From the NCBI GenBank assembly GCA_964521215.1, contig CAZFRD010000003.1, positions 425 through 64,424 on the forward strand: 64,000 nucleotides of DNA. The letters are read 5' to 3'. Origin of the DNA: an uncultured Pseudomonadales bacterium. GTDB taxonomy: Bacteria > Patescibacteriota > Microgenomatia > UBA1400 > PJMF01. The translations under genes were made by a program, and so were the position numbers. Below the pieces are notes generated by a model that saw only the letters and a program-made list of their open reading frames with translations, did not search any database and was not told where the DNA came from. Shown in pieces: positions 9,043 through 19,180 of this stretch (position 1 is its first letter; every line of letters begins with the position of its first letter).

Positions 9043-9249
9043 CTATATTCTGACAATACTGTCTCTTCTAATCTTTAACTGATCTAGCGAATGGTCAATC
9101 TCTGTTAGTCTCTCTACTAGGGGTTTTAGATTATCAGCTTCAGTTGTCGCATCCCATTCCATTTTGATCCTAGCTTTTTCAGCTTCAAATGCATCAATCT
9201 GATTTTGGAAATCCGCTAACTTTTGCTCAACGGTTTGCCGCTCTGCCAT
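9043..9249 (-). CDS. small coiled-coil protein, hypothetical
   Basis: 68-aa ORF with heptad-like charged pattern. Confidence 0.35.
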   Translation of the reverse strand: MAERQTVEQKLADFQNQIDAFEAEKARIKMEWDATTEADNLKPLVERLTEIDHSLDQLKIRRDSIVRI

Positions 9250-9294
9250 ATTATTAACCCAAAATGATTATCTAATATATGTGAATTCTGGTTT

Positions 9295-9371
9295 TGGTGA
9301 ACTTGAGAGGACTCGAACCTCTGACCTCCTCGATGTCAACGAGGCGCTCTAACCAACTGAGCTACAAGTTC
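9295..9371 (-). tRNA. tRNA-Val (GAC)
   Basis: Reverse complement reads GAACTTG-TAGCTCAGTTGGTTAGAGC-G-CCTCG-TTGACAT-CGAGG-AGGTC-AGAGG-TTCGAGT-CCTCT-CAAGTTC-A-CCA, with CCA encoded. Confidence 0.85.
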
Positions 9372-9457
9372 AGGTTGCAACTGTTGCCACAAGTTCATGG
9401 CTACTTGCCAGGGCAGATTATACCAAGCATTTCCCCTCTCCACAAGCAAACCAAGAG

Positions 9458-9466
9458 TGATATAAT
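9458..9466 (+). promoter_or_regulatory. extended -10 element (TGaTATAAT) upstream of infC operon
   Basis: TGATATAAT lies ~77 nt upstream of the GTG start of infC. Confidence 0.3.
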
Positions 9467-9542
9467 GTCACACTTATGGTGAACGTGGTCCGTTCATCCA
9501 GTAATATTAGTAATGACTAGTTAGACCTAAGGTTTCGAAACA

Positions 9543-10088
9543 GTGAAACATAAGCCAGGTAAAAGATATCAAAGCCAAGCTGTCTTTGTCGTTGCTAATA
9601 ACCGAATTCGAACACCCCAAGTTAGGGTGATTGATGACCAAGGGACCATGCTAGGAGTAATGGCCACCCACGACGCCATGAACCAAGCATATGCGGAAGA
9701 TAAAGATCTGGTCATGGTCAATGACCAACAGCAGCCACCCATTGCTAAAATCATCGAACTAAATAAATATAAATATCAGTTACAACAAAAACAGGCAGCC
9801 AGTAGAAAAAAGGCCAAAGCACAAGATACAAAAGAAGTCAGATTCAGTCCATTTATGAGCGATGGCGACTTTGAATCAAAATTAAAAAAAGTCAAAGACT
9901 TCATTGAAGACGGCGATAAAGTAAAACTTTCGTTATTCTTCAAAGGCAGACAGATCACCAAAAAATCATTTGGAGACCAAATGATCGCCCGAGTGATTGA
10001 AGCCACAGCAGAAGACGCCGTAGTGGAAATAGCACCAAAATTAATTGGGAAAAAAATTATCGCTCAATTAATGCCAAAGAAAAAATAA
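9543..10088 (+). CDS. infC: translation initiation factor IF-3
   Basis: RIRTPQVRVIDDQG motif, C-terminal IF3 domain, non-ATG (GTG) start typical of infC. Confidence 0.85.
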   Translation: MKHKPGKRYQSQAVFVVANNRIRTPQVRVIDDQGTMLGVMATHDAMNQAYAEDKDLVMVNDQQQPPIAKIIELNKYKYQLQQKQAASRKKAKAQDTKEVRFSPFMSDGDFESKLKKVKDFIEDGDKVKLSLFFKGRQITKKSFGDQMIARVIEATAEDAVVEIAPKLIGKKIIAQLMPKKK

Positions 10089-10093
10089 CAACT

Positions 10094-10297
10094 ATGAAAA
10101 AAACTAAAATAAAAACCCGCAAAGGGGTAGCGCATCGCTTCAAAATCACTGGTAGTGGTAAAGTTATGCGTCGCTCACAAAATATGCGTCACCTCAGACG
10201 CAAAAAAAGTAAGAAGGCCATTCGTGCCTACCGCATACCCATCGAAGTCACGGGCAAGTGGGCCATAAAAATCAAAAAAATGTTAGGAATAGGGTAA
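10094..10297 (+). CDS. rpmI: 50S ribosomal protein L35
   Basis: Start MKKTKIKTRKGVAHRFKITGSGKV in the conserved infC-rpmI-rplT order. Confidence 0.85.
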   Translation: MKKTKIKTRKGVAHRFKITGSGKVMRRSQNMRHLRRKKSKKAIRAYRIPIEVTGKWAIKIKKMLGIG

Positions 10298-10301
10298 ACT
10301 T

Positions 10302-10655
10302 ATGCCAAGAACAAAAACTGGCGTCACTCGTCGCCACCGCCATAAAAAAGTTTTAGAATCCAACAAAGGTTTCCGTGGCGCCAATCGCCGGCTCTACAAA
10401 CGCGCTCACGAAGCGCTACTGCATGCTGGTCAATATGCCTACATCGGTCGCAAGTTGCGCAAGCGTGACTTCCGTAAACTTTGGATCACTCGTCTCTCAG
10501 CCGCTATCAAGGAAGTGAGCGCGGACCTCAACTACTCGCGAGTCATCAACTTGCTCAAAAAAGCCAATATTCAAATTAATCGCAAAATGCTTTCCGAAAT
10601 CGCTATTCGTGATTTTGAAACATTTAAACGCATCATTACCCAGGCGAGGGGATAA
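10302..10655 (+). CDS. rplT: 50S ribosomal protein L20
   Basis: MPRTKTGVTRRHRHKKVL...FRKLWITRLSAAIK. Confidence 0.9.
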   Translation: MPRTKTGVTRRHRHKKVLESNKGFRGANRRLYKRAHEALLHAGQYAYIGRKLRKRDFRKLWITRLSAAIKEVSADLNYSRVINLLKKANIQINRKMLSEIAIRDFETFKRIITQARG

Positions 10656-10688
10656 GGTTATCTAGCAAAAAATCATTAGCAAAGAACC

Positions 10689-10729
10689 CATCCAGACCCT
10701 CGCGGGGGTCCGGATGTGTTCTTTCATGC
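10689..10729 (+). terminator. GC-rich hairpin after rplT (putative terminator or attenuator ahead of pheS)
   Basis: CATCCAGACCC-tcgcgg-GGGTCCGGATG (11-bp stem with 1 mismatch) followed by TGTTCTTTC. Confidence 0.4.
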
Positions 10730-10750
10730 TGTACAATTAAAAGCACCATT

Positions 10751-11845
10751 ATGTCTACCGCATTAACAAATTTTATCAATCAAGCTCAACTGCTTACTAT
10801 GGAGCTGGAAAAAACTACCTCGCTGACCAGAGAGCAACTCACCAATGAGTACCTGGGTAAGAAAGGCAAATTTACTCTTTTGTCTGGAGAATTAGCTAAG
10901 CTGTCGGTCACCGAACGTGCTGAGGCGGGCAAAGTTCTCAACCAGCTCAAAACCCAAATTCAACAAAAAATTGAACAAGCGACGGCTACTCCCACTGAGC
11001 TTTGGGTCGATCTAACCGCTCCAGGCCTCAAACCACCAATTGGCCATCTTCACCCCGTCAGCCAAGCCATTGAGGAAATCTCAGATATTTTCGCTCGTAT
11101 TGGCTTCATTCGCGTTCGTTACCCCGAAGTTGATTGGGATTGGTACGTGTTTGAAAGTCTAAACATGCCTCCCAATCACCCCGCTCGTGATGAGTGGGAA
11201 ACTTTTTTCATTGATACTCCAGACACTTCTCAAGCTGTGGCTTATGACCCCAACCAACCCCGACTCCGTCACCCCAGCTTGATTGGAGGCAAACAAGTGC
11301 TCACGACTCATACCTCAAATGGCCAAGTTAGGGAGATGGAAAGATTGCACAGCCAACCACCAATTCGCATGATCAATATCGCTCGTTGCTACCGCAGACA
11401 ACAAGACGCCACTCATACTCAGATGTTCCACCAATTTGAAGGTTTGGTGGTGGATACCAACATTAATATTCAGCATCTAAAGGGAACGCTAGAATACTTT
11501 GCCCATGAATTTTACGGTCCAGATGTAAAAAGTCGCATTCGACCTTTTCACTTTCGTTTCACCGAGCCATCATTTGAAGTCGATTTTTCCTGCCATATTT
11601 GTCATGGTACAGGAAAAATCGCCGGCGAAAAATGTAAACTCTGCAAATCTGGTTGGCATGAAGTGGGTGGCGCTGGCATGGTCCACCCCAATGTCCTCAG
11701 GGCGGGAGGCATTGACCCAGATAAATATACCGGGTTTGCCTTCGGTTGGGGGGTGGAGCGCACTTATACCCTCAAGCCTAATCTCAATTTAGATGATATT
11801 AGATTATTGTATTCGGCTGACTTACGCTTCTTGTCACAATTTTAA
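10751..11845 (+). CDS. pheS: phenylalanine--tRNA ligase alpha subunit
   Basis: LNMPPNHPARDEWETFFI and GAGMVHPNVL class II motifs. Zn-ribbon insert CHICHGTGKIAGEKCKLCKSGWHEV. Confidence 0.9.
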   Translation: MSTALTNFINQAQLLTMELEKTTSLTREQLTNEYLGKKGKFTLLSGELAKLSVTERAEAGKVLNQLKTQIQQKIEQATATPTELWVDLTAPGLKPPIGHLHPVSQAIEEISDIFARIGFIRVRYPEVDWDWYVFESLNMPPNHPARDEWETFFIDTPDTSQAVAYDPNQPRLRHPSLIGGKQVLTTHTSNGQVREMERLHSQPPIRMINIARCYRRQQDATHTQMFHQFEGLVVDTNINIQHLKGTLEYFAHEFYGPDVKSRIRPFHFRFTEPSFEVDFSCHICHGTGKIAGEKCKLCKSGWHEVGGAGMVHPNVLRAGGIDPDKYTGFAFGWGVERTYTLKPNLNLDDIRLLYSADLRFLSQF

Positions 11846-11847
11846 AT

Positions 11848-13875
11848 ATGAACATTCTCATACCTCATTCCTGGTTGCTCGATCATCTGGACACGGACGC
11901 CACTCCACAAGAAATTCAATCATGTTTGTCGTTAGCAGGACCTTCGGTGGAACGACTGATAGAAAAATCTGGAGAAATCATTTACGACATCGAGGTGACC
12001 ACCAACCGCCCAGACTCACTCTCGGTCAGGGGGATCGCTCGCGAAGCCGCGGTCATCCTCAAGCAATTTGGCAAATCCGCTACTCTGCGACCCCTCACGC
12101 TCCAACCACCTCTGCCCACCCAGCCGACACTCAGCCTACCCAAAATTAACAATAATTCTTCATTAAACGGTCGAGTTATCTGCATCGTGTTGGCAAATAT
12201 CAAACAAACTCCCACTCCTGATTGGATGGAACATCGGTTACAACTAATCGACTTCAATATTCATAACAGTGCCATCGATATTACTAACTATGTCACGCAT
12301 GACCTCGGTCACCCTTGCCATGCTTTTGATTATGATAAATTGATGGCCAAGGGCGGGGAGATCAACATTGTTGAAGCCGAAGCCAATGAAACCTTCGTGA
12401 CGCTGGATGATTTACCTTTCACCACCGCTGGGGGAGAAGTGGTTTTCAAAAATAGCCAGGGCGAAATTATCGATCTACCTTCAATCAAAGGCACCGCCAA
12501 TTCTTCCACCGACGAACAAACTCAAAATATTTTGCTGTTGATGGAATCTATTCGCCCAGAAAAAGTGCGGTTTGCCAGCATGACTCACAATATCCGTACC
12601 GTGGCCGCTCAACTGATGGAAAAGTCGGTTGACCCCAACTTAGCTCAGGATGTGCTTTTCCAAGCTTGCCAACATTATCAAAGCTTGTGTCAGGCTCAGA
12701 TCGCGAGTGAAATCTATGACGATTTTCCGGCTCAAACCAGTCCAGAGCCAATGCTTTTTCCGCTCAGCGTGATAGAAAGATATTTGGGTATTCAAATTGC
12801 CGAACCAACAGTGAAAAACATGCTGGTGGAACTTGGTTGCACCGTTACATCGCAAGACAATTCCTCTCTGCAGATCACGCCACCCACTTACCGTGCTGAT
12901 TTAGCCACGCCAGTCGACTTGGTTGAGGAGGTAGCCCGAATTTATGGGTATCAAAATATTCCCAGCCAACTGATGGCTTCTGCCTTGCCACTTAATCGAC
13001 CAACCAACCAGCATTTTAATCTCGAAAAGAAACTCAAAACGCTCTTCGCTAGTTTGGGTTGGCAGGAAATGTACACCTATTCTTTAGTCAGCGAACAACT
13101 GGCCAGAGATTCTGGTTACCCACTAGAGTCACACCTGCATTTGCAGAACCCACTGAGTGATGACCGCGTTTATTTGCGTCGCTCACTGATACCATCTCTG
13201 GTTGAAGCACTCAACTCCAATCCGCTTCAATCCCAACTCTCAGTTTTTGAAATTGCCTCCGTCTACCATCCCAATCCCCAAGACCTACCCAAAGAGGAAC
13301 TGCGCTTATCCTTGGCGAGTCGCTCATCTTACCGAGAGGTCAGGGGCATGATTGAGGTGATGTGGGAAAAACTTTTCCTTTCTCAAGAGATGCTCAAATT
13401 TATTGCGATAAGTCAAGATTTTACTCAAGGTGAGCCAATTAGCAGTCCAAGCGGTACTCTGCTAATTGGCCAGATTGAATACCAAACACCCAATCAAGCA
13501 CACCCACTTGGTTCGGTTTTTATCCTTCAATCAAACGTGGTGGTCGTCGACTTAGACTTAAACTCAGTTTTTGCCTTGGCTCAAACTCATCCCCAATACC
13601 AACCAATTGCCAAAACCAACCCGTTGATTGAAGATCTCACTTTCACTCTACCAGCCAAAACTCCCATTGGAGAAGTGATCGCCATGATGAAGGCTGAGGT
13701 GGCAGAAATTTCAAAAGTTGAACTAAAAAATAGCTTTCAGCGCAATGCCACCTTTACTCTTTGGTATTTTGACCCAATCACTAACATGTCAAGCGAACGA
13801 GTGGAACCTTTACGACAAAAATTAGTATCTGCCGTAGAAAAAAAATGGCAAGCAACTTTGGTCGGTTCAATCTAA
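11848..13875 (+). CDS. pheT: phenylalanine--tRNA ligase beta subunit (lacks N-terminal tRNA-binding B2 domain)
   Basis: B1-like N-terminus runs directly into TTNRPDSLSVRGIAREAA. The protein is 675 aa against ~800 for the canonical form. Confidence 0.85.
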   Translation: MNILIPHSWLLDHLDTDATPQEIQSCLSLAGPSVERLIEKSGEIIYDIEVTTNRPDSLSVRGIAREAAVILKQFGKSATLRPLTLQPPLPTQPTLSLPKINNNSSLNGRVICIVLANIKQTPTPDWMEHRLQLIDFNIHNSAIDITNYVTHDLGHPCHAFDYDKLMAKGGEINIVEAEANETFVTLDDLPFTTAGGEVVFKNSQGEIIDLPSIKGTANSSTDEQTQNILLLMESIRPEKVRFASMTHNIRTVAAQLMEKSVDPNLAQDVLFQACQHYQSLCQAQIASEIYDDFPAQTSPEPMLFPLSVIERYLGIQIAEPTVKNMLVELGCTVTSQDNSSLQITPPTYRADLATPVDLVEEVARIYGYQNIPSQLMASALPLNRPTNQHFNLEKKLKTLFASLGWQEMYTYSLVSEQLARDSGYPLESHLHLQNPLSDDRVYLRRSLIPSLVEALNSNPLQSQLSVFEIASVYHPNPQDLPKEELRLSLASRSSYREVRGMIEVMWEKLFLSQEMLKFIAISQDFTQGEPISSPSGTLLIGQIEYQTPNQAHPLGSVFILQSNVVVVDLDLNSVFALAQTHPQYQPIAKTNPLIEDLTFTLPAKTPIGEVIAMMKAEVAEISKVELKNSFQRNATFTLWYFDPITNMSSERVEPLRQKLVSAVEKKWQATLVGSI

Positions 13876-15194
13876 CATCTTTCAAGCATCAACTGTTGGG
13901 CTTAACTTTTGTTTGGCTGATTTTCTTACTGCCAACCAATCTATTTCTATCTTTCAATCAAGATAATGCTTATGTCACTGGTATGTTTAGTGACTACTTA
14001 GTGCTAAAACTTTACCTCTCTGAAATTTTTTTATGGTTATTCACTCTCGGCATCCTTATTTTTACCAGAAAACAGTTTGTGGCTTGGTTAACCAAAACTA
14101 TGGTGCCAGTGATACTACGCATATCACATAAAAAAATATTACTGATCATTCTCATATCACTGCTTCTGAGACAAGTGGGGAGTCAGTCACCAGTTATTGG
14201 TATCTGGAGCTTTTTCCAGTGGCTGGAAGTGGGTTGGCTGATTATCACCACCAGCTTCCTTTACTCACTCAGTCCCACTCGATTCGTTAAGTTGCTACTT
14301 CTGGGTTTGGCGAGCACCATTATTTTTCAATCTGCCATTGGTAGCTATCAGTTTTACTGGCAAAAATCGCTCGTCGGTTATGTACTGCTTGGTGAACCAA
14401 ACTTAAGTACAGCTCTCAACCTCAGTCGCCAAACCTTGAGTTTGGGTAGAGAAATGGTGTTACCTTATGGCACCACCGCCCATCCCAACGTGTTGGGAGG
14501 CTATCTGGCCGTTTATGCCACGTTAATCTTTGGTCTTTTCAGTTTAGTAAGGTCAAACATTCAAAAAAAATTACTCTTAATCCCCGTCAGCCTCGCCTGC
14601 CTGTCATTACTAACTACTCACTCGATCACAGCCATACTCATCGCAATGATTGGCATTAGTTTCGCTTTGGGGATAAATTTAACCAAGTTCACCAACCGAC
14701 TACGTCAAACTCACTGCCAAAAATATTGGGCGATTGGATTAGTCCTGCTACTAGTGGTTGGTCTACCACTGCTATTAAATTTTGCTAATTTATGGTTTCC
14801 AGACTCTAGCTCAGTTTCTAGAAGAGTTTGGCTGCACCAAGCTAGTTTTAACATGACGCTTCGTCATCCGATTTTCGGCGTCGGGTTAGGCCAATTTGTC
14901 ACTCAACTGACAAAATTTACCGAAAACCCCGATGTTTGGAGATTTCTTCAGCCAGTCCACACCTCAATTTGGTTGTTCTTGAGTGAAACAGGTTTGCTTG
15001 GTGTTTTACTGATTTACCTGCTTTGGCAGAGTCTCAACCCTGCTCAAAAAAATAGCGTGCTGATCACCAGCACTTTATTGATTGCACCACTTGGTTTGGA
15101 CCATTATTTGGGAAGTCTTCAACCCGGCCGGTGGTTATGGGCAGTGATGCTCATCGGGTTATATCTCGTGCTCAAAAAGCCAACTAAGTTTTGA
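13845..15194 (+). CDS. O-antigen ligase-like (Wzy_C) polytopic membrane protein
   Basis: At least 10 hydrophobic segments. Wzy_C-like periplasmic loop RVWLHQASFNMTLRHPIFGVGLGQF. Confidence 0.5.
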   Translation: MASNFGRFNLTSFKHQLLGLTFVWLIFLLPTNLFLSFNQDNAYVTGMFSDYLVLKLYLSEIFLWLFTLGILIFTRKQFVAWLTKTMVPVILRISHKKILLIILISLLLRQVGSQSPVIGIWSFFQWLEVGWLIITTSFLYSLSPTRFVKLLLLGLASTIIFQSAIGSYQFYWQKSLVGYVLLGEPNLSTALNLSRQTLSLGREMVLPYGTTAHPNVLGGYLAVYATLIFGLFSLVRSNIQKKLLLIPVSLACLSLLTTHSITAILIAMIGISFALGINLTKFTNRLRQTHCQKYWAIGLVLLLVVGLPLLLNFANLWFPDSSSVSRRVWLHQASFNMTLRHPIFGVGLGQFVTQLTKFTENPDVWRFLQPVHTSIWLFLSETGLLGVLLIYLLWQSLNPAQKNSVLITSTLLIAPLGLDHYLGSLQPGRWLWAVMLIGLYLVLKKPTKF

Positions 15195-17949
15195 TCTTGG
15201 GAGTCGGTACTAGTGTGACAACTGGTTCCAACGTGGGAATCACGATTGGTGTTGGCGAAGGGACTGCAGTGGGAGCCACCACTGTGGTGGGAGATGGAGT
15301 GGGGGAGGGAACCTGCCAATCCTCACCGCCAGTACCAATTTTCTTTTTCTCACTCTCTTTGGTTTTTCCATCTCTGGCGTAAGCTTTGACCCAAACAGTG
15401 TATCGGCCTTTTTTCAAATTAATGGTACCCCGATATTCCCGATTCTCTACCGTTTCTATCACCTTATCATCGGCAATGATTTCTATTTTCTCAATCCCTG
15501 CTCCCGAGTCGGCTTTAACAATAAATTCAATGTTCTCCGTGTCATATTTTTTCTCATTTTCTGGTCTTTCCATGATCACCGACAAATCAGATCTGTCGCC
15601 ACAGTATTCGGTTGGAGGTTTATAAAAATCAGTCGTCTGAGGTGCTACCCAAGCGTCGATCGCTTGTTGCCACCGATTAACACCGTCTTGACTATAGGGA
15701 TCTGCCTCTGCCAAACGCACAAATTCTCGCTCATCAAAATCACCAGAAACAACTTGAGCATCAGTCGCCAATTTGTTTTGCCCTTTACATAATTTTAACT
15801 TCAAATGAATTGGGTCGGGGGAACTGGGCAGTAAACCTTTGATAGCGATTTCTGATTTAACCGGAAATTCATCATGAGCTGGGTAGCCAGAGACAGCATC
15901 CACCGAAACCGTCTCGATGCCAGCGGGCACTTCCCATGCTGGGGCAGAGTAGCCATTTTTGAGCGCATATTGGATTAGACGTTGCCAAATTGGGGTTGCA
16001 CCAGAGATACCAGAGGCCACTGTTTTCATAGCGCTGTTATCGTTGTTACCAACCCAAGCACCGATCATCACTTCTCGACTCCAACCGATAGCCCAGTTAT
16101 CTCTTTGGTCGTTGGTTGTACCAGTCTTCACCGCTACATTGGGGCTAACATTGAGTTTGGAATTGGCCCCAAACGCCAACGAGCGGGCAGAGTCATCGGA
16201 TAAGATGTGATTAATGACGTACGACTCCTCTGGCGTCATCACTTCCTCACCTTTGACGGCTCGGTGTTCGTACAAGACTGAACCATTTTTATCGACCACT
16301 TTCATGATCGCCACTGGGTCAACTCGATACCCGCCATTAGCAAATGAACTAAAAGAGCTGGCGGTATCAATCAAATGCACCTCGCCACCGCCCAGAGCCA
16401 CCGACAAACCCAAACGTTGTAAATTTTCTGCAGTCGGCTCCAGCGTACCAAAACCCATTGAGTAAGCATGGGTAAGGAAAGTTTCCAAACCTACTTTGGC
16501 CAAGCCTTTCACAGCTGGTACGTTGAGCGAACTGCCCAAACTATTTCGCAAACTGACTGGACCTCTAAATTTGCCATCATAATTTTTGGGTTGATAGGGT
16601 TTTTCGTTTTCGTTCCGTTGAAAAGTTGTTTCAACATCAATCATCATTGAGGCAGGAGTGTAACCCAATCTAAGCAAAGTTAAATACACCACTGGCTTGA
16701 TCGAACTGCCTGGCTGACGTAAACCATCAACCACCACGTTAAATTGGCCATCAATTTCTTCGTCATTAAAATTGCGACTACCCACCATTGTGAGAATTTC
16801 TCCCGTATTGGGGTTCATCACTAAGGCAGCGCCGTTAGTAATATTCAGTTGGGTTACCTTTTCAATTTCTTCACTAATAATTGCTTGGGCTTCATCCTGG
16901 AGAGTCAAATCCAAGCTGGTGGTGACCTGCAGGCCACCACTTTGGACTAATTCTGGACCGTACATATCTTCAAGTTGGCTCAGTACGTAAAATACAAAGT
17001 GGGGTGCCGACATGGTATTACGTTTGCCTTCAAAAGTGATTGTTTCTAGCTGAGACAGCGCATCTTCGTAGGCAAGGGGAGTAATGTAGTTATCTTCGCT
17101 CATTCGTCTCAACACACCTTTAGTCCGTTCTTTCCAGAGTGGCTCACCATTGTCATCCGTCTTACCCGCGAGGGGAGAGTAGGCAGTGGGTCTCTGCGGT
17201 AAACCAGCCAAAATGGCAGATTCAACCAAATTTAGATCTCGCACTGTTTTACCAAAATAATACTCAGCGGCTGCACCCACTCCATAAGCTGTACCACCAT
17301 AAGGCACTTCGTTCAGATACATTTCTAAGATTTGATCTTTTGAAAATCGCTGCTCTATGAGCAAAGAAAGCACCACCTGTTTGAGCTTGCGCGTAATTGT
17401 TCGCTCGTCACTCAAGAGTGCTTTTTTCACTAATTGTTGAGTTAGGGTAGACCCACCGACAATTCTCCCTTGCGTAATTAAATAGTAAGGAGTCCGTACA
17501 AAAACCAACAGGTCAATGCCTTGATGCTGATAGAATTCTTTGTCCTCAATTGCAATTGAGGCATCCCTCAATGTTTGGGGAATATCTGATAGTGGCACGA
17601 AGGTACGATTTTCGTCAGAAAAGACATCGTCGAGAAGTTTGCCGTTGCGATCAAGAATTTTGGTGCTAAAACCAGACCGACTAATAACTTCTCCAGATTT
17701 GGGCAAATCTTTGGCGTAGAAGGCAAGCATCACCAGAAAAACCACAATCCCCAAGATCACCAAAATTAACGAGGTGAGTGCCCCATAGCGGAAAATTTTC
17801 ATCCACACTAGCCGACGTTTTTCTTGCGATAGTTGCCTAAATCTTCTTCTTGAATGAGCTCCCAAACCTAGCCGATGCTTAAGTGAGTACCACCTACGCA
17901 AAAACAATTGTTTTAATTTTTCTAGCAACATTGTTCTATTGTATAGCAT
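15184..17949 (-). CDS. class A penicillin-binding protein (transglycosylase + transpeptidase) with C-terminal P/T-rich tail
   Basis: N-terminal TM segment and a GT51 motif IEDKEFYQHQGID..RKLKQ. TP domain motifs SSIKP and KTGTT. C-terminal extra domain plus PSPTPSPT linker. Confidence 0.85.
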   Translation of the reverse strand: MLYNRTMLLEKLKQLFLRRWYSLKHRLGLGAHSRRRFRQLSQEKRRLVWMKIFRYGALTSLILVILGIVVFLVMLAFYAKDLPKSGEVISRSGFSTKILDRNGKLLDDVFSDENRTFVPLSDIPQTLRDASIAIEDKEFYQHQGIDLLVFVRTPYYLITQGRIVGGSTLTQQLVKKALLSDERTITRKLKQVVLSLLIEQRFSKDQILEMYLNEVPYGGTAYGVGAAAEYYFGKTVRDLNLVESAILAGLPQRPTAYSPLAGKTDDNGEPLWKERTKGVLRRMSEDNYITPLAYEDALSQLETITFEGKRNTMSAPHFVFYVLSQLEDMYGPELVQSGGLQVTTSLDLTLQDEAQAIISEEIEKVTQLNITNGAALVMNPNTGEILTMVGSRNFNDEEIDGQFNVVVDGLRQPGSSIKPVVYLTLLRLGYTPASMMIDVETTFQRNENEKPYQPKNYDGKFRGPVSLRNSLGSSLNVPAVKGLAKVGLETFLTHAYSMGFGTLEPTAENLQRLGLSVALGGGEVHLIDTASSFSSFANGGYRVDPVAIMKVVDKNGSVLYEHRAVKGEEVMTPEESYVINHILSDDSARSLAFGANSKLNVSPNVAVKTGTTNDQRDNWAIGWSREVMIGAWVGNNDNSAMKTVASGISGATPIWQRLIQYALKNGYSAPAWEVPAGIETVSVDAVSGYPAHDEFPVKSEIAIKGLLPSSPDPIHLKLKLCKGQNKLATDAQVVSGDFDEREFVRLAEADPYSQDGVNRWQQAIDAWVAPQTTDFYKPPTEYCGDRSDLSVIMERPENEKKYDTENIEFIVKADSGAGIEKIEIIADDKVIETVENREYRGTINLKKGRYTVWVKAYARDGKTKESEKKKIGTGGEDWQVPSPTPSPTTVVAPTAVPSPTPIVIPTLEPVVTLVPTPKIKT

Positions 17950-17967
17950 CCATGCTACAATTATTCA

Positions 17968-19170
17968 ATGTCCACTCGAGAACTAATTACTGATCAACAG
18001 CGCATCACCGAAGTGTTAACTCGAGGAGTTGAGCAAGTTCTACCGTCGGTCGAAACTCTCACCCGCGTGATGTCCGAGCGACGCATTCGTCTATACTTGG
18101 GGATTGATCCCACTGGTTCCGAACTCACCCTTGGTCACAGCGTGGTGCTCCGCAAATTGCAACAATTTGCGGATCTAGGACATGAGGTGATTTTACTGAT
18201 CGGCAATGGCACAGTCAAAATAGGTGATCCGACCGGCCGAGACTCGACTCGGCCCGAATTAAGTGATGAACAGATCATGGCTAACTTTGCCCAATGGCAA
18301 CAACAGGCGAGCAAGGTGCTTAATTTTGAAATCATCGAGATTCGAAAAAATGGCGACTGGCTTAATCAATTAAACTATATTGAAATCATCAAATTACTCG
18401 CCAACACCACGGTGCAACAATTAATGGAGCGTGATATGTTTCAAAAACGACTTGAAGCTGGTCTACCTATCTTCGGTCATGAAATAATCTATCCGCTGAT
18501 TCAAGGCTATGACAGCGTGGTAATGGACGTAGATTTGGAGCTTGGTGGTTCCGATCAGCTTTTCAATATGATGATGGGGAGAAGTTTGCAGAAGTCCTAT
18601 CACAACAAAGAAAAATGGGTGCTGACTACCCCGATTATCAATGGAACTGACGGTCGTAAAATGAGCAAATCTTTTCATAATTATATTGCGCTCACCGAAC
18701 CGGCCAATAGTATGTATGGCAAAACCATGAGCATTCCCGACGACCAGGTGGTGCCTTACTTCACTGTGCTCACCAATGTCTCTCTAGATGAAATTGCTCA
18801 AATCCAACAGAAAATCCAGGCTGGCGACAATCCCATGCAGTTCAAAAAACAACTGGCTTGGGCCATCACTGAGTTATACCATGGCGCCACGGCTGCAGAC
18901 CAAGCCCAGAGCTACTTCGAGCGGGTAGTCCAGCAACAGACAGCTCCCGAGGATATTCCAACAGTTAGTTTGAATAGTCAATCGTTGACGGCGCTGGATC
19001 TAGTGGGTGTTTGTTGTCCAGAAATGAGCCGTAGTGAGCGACGGCGGTTAATCGAACAGGGAGGCGTAAAACTCAATGAGCAAAAACTGACAGAACCATT
19101 GGTGAGCGCGCAATATCAAGCGGGTGATGTTTTAAAAATTGGTAAAAGAGGTTATTTTAAATTGCAATAG
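17968..19170 (+). CDS. tyrS: tyrosine--tRNA ligase
   Basis: HIGH-type LGIDPTGSELTLGHSV and KMSKS motifs. The C-terminal S4-like domain and 400-aa length favour TyrRS over TrpRS. Confidence 0.8.
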   Translation: MSTRELITDQQRITEVLTRGVEQVLPSVETLTRVMSERRIRLYLGIDPTGSELTLGHSVVLRKLQQFADLGHEVILLIGNGTVKIGDPTGRDSTRPELSDEQIMANFAQWQQQASKVLNFEIIEIRKNGDWLNQLNYIEIIKLLANTTVQQLMERDMFQKRLEAGLPIFGHEIIYPLIQGYDSVVMDVDLELGGSDQLFNMMMGRSLQKSYHNKEKWVLTTPIINGTDGRKMSKSFHNYIALTEPANSMYGKTMSIPDDQVVPYFTVLTNVSLDEIAQIQQKIQAGDNPMQFKKQLAWAITELYHGATAADQAQSYFERVVQQQTAPEDIPTVSLNSQSLTALDLVGVCCPEMSRSERRRLIEQGGVKLNEQKLTEPLVSAQYQAGDVLKIGKRGYFKLQ

Positions 19171-19180
19171 AAAGATCACT

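Noticed and set aside
9294-9482. 62-aa plus-strand ORF
   Set aside because: It fully overlaps the tRNA-Val gene on the opposite strand and the downstream promoter region. It is a spurious ORF.
10656-10750. T-box or leader-peptide attenuator upstream of pheS
   Set aside because: The 95 nt are far too short for a T-box riboswitch, and no Phe-rich leader ORF is present. The GC hairpin is kept only as a putative terminator.
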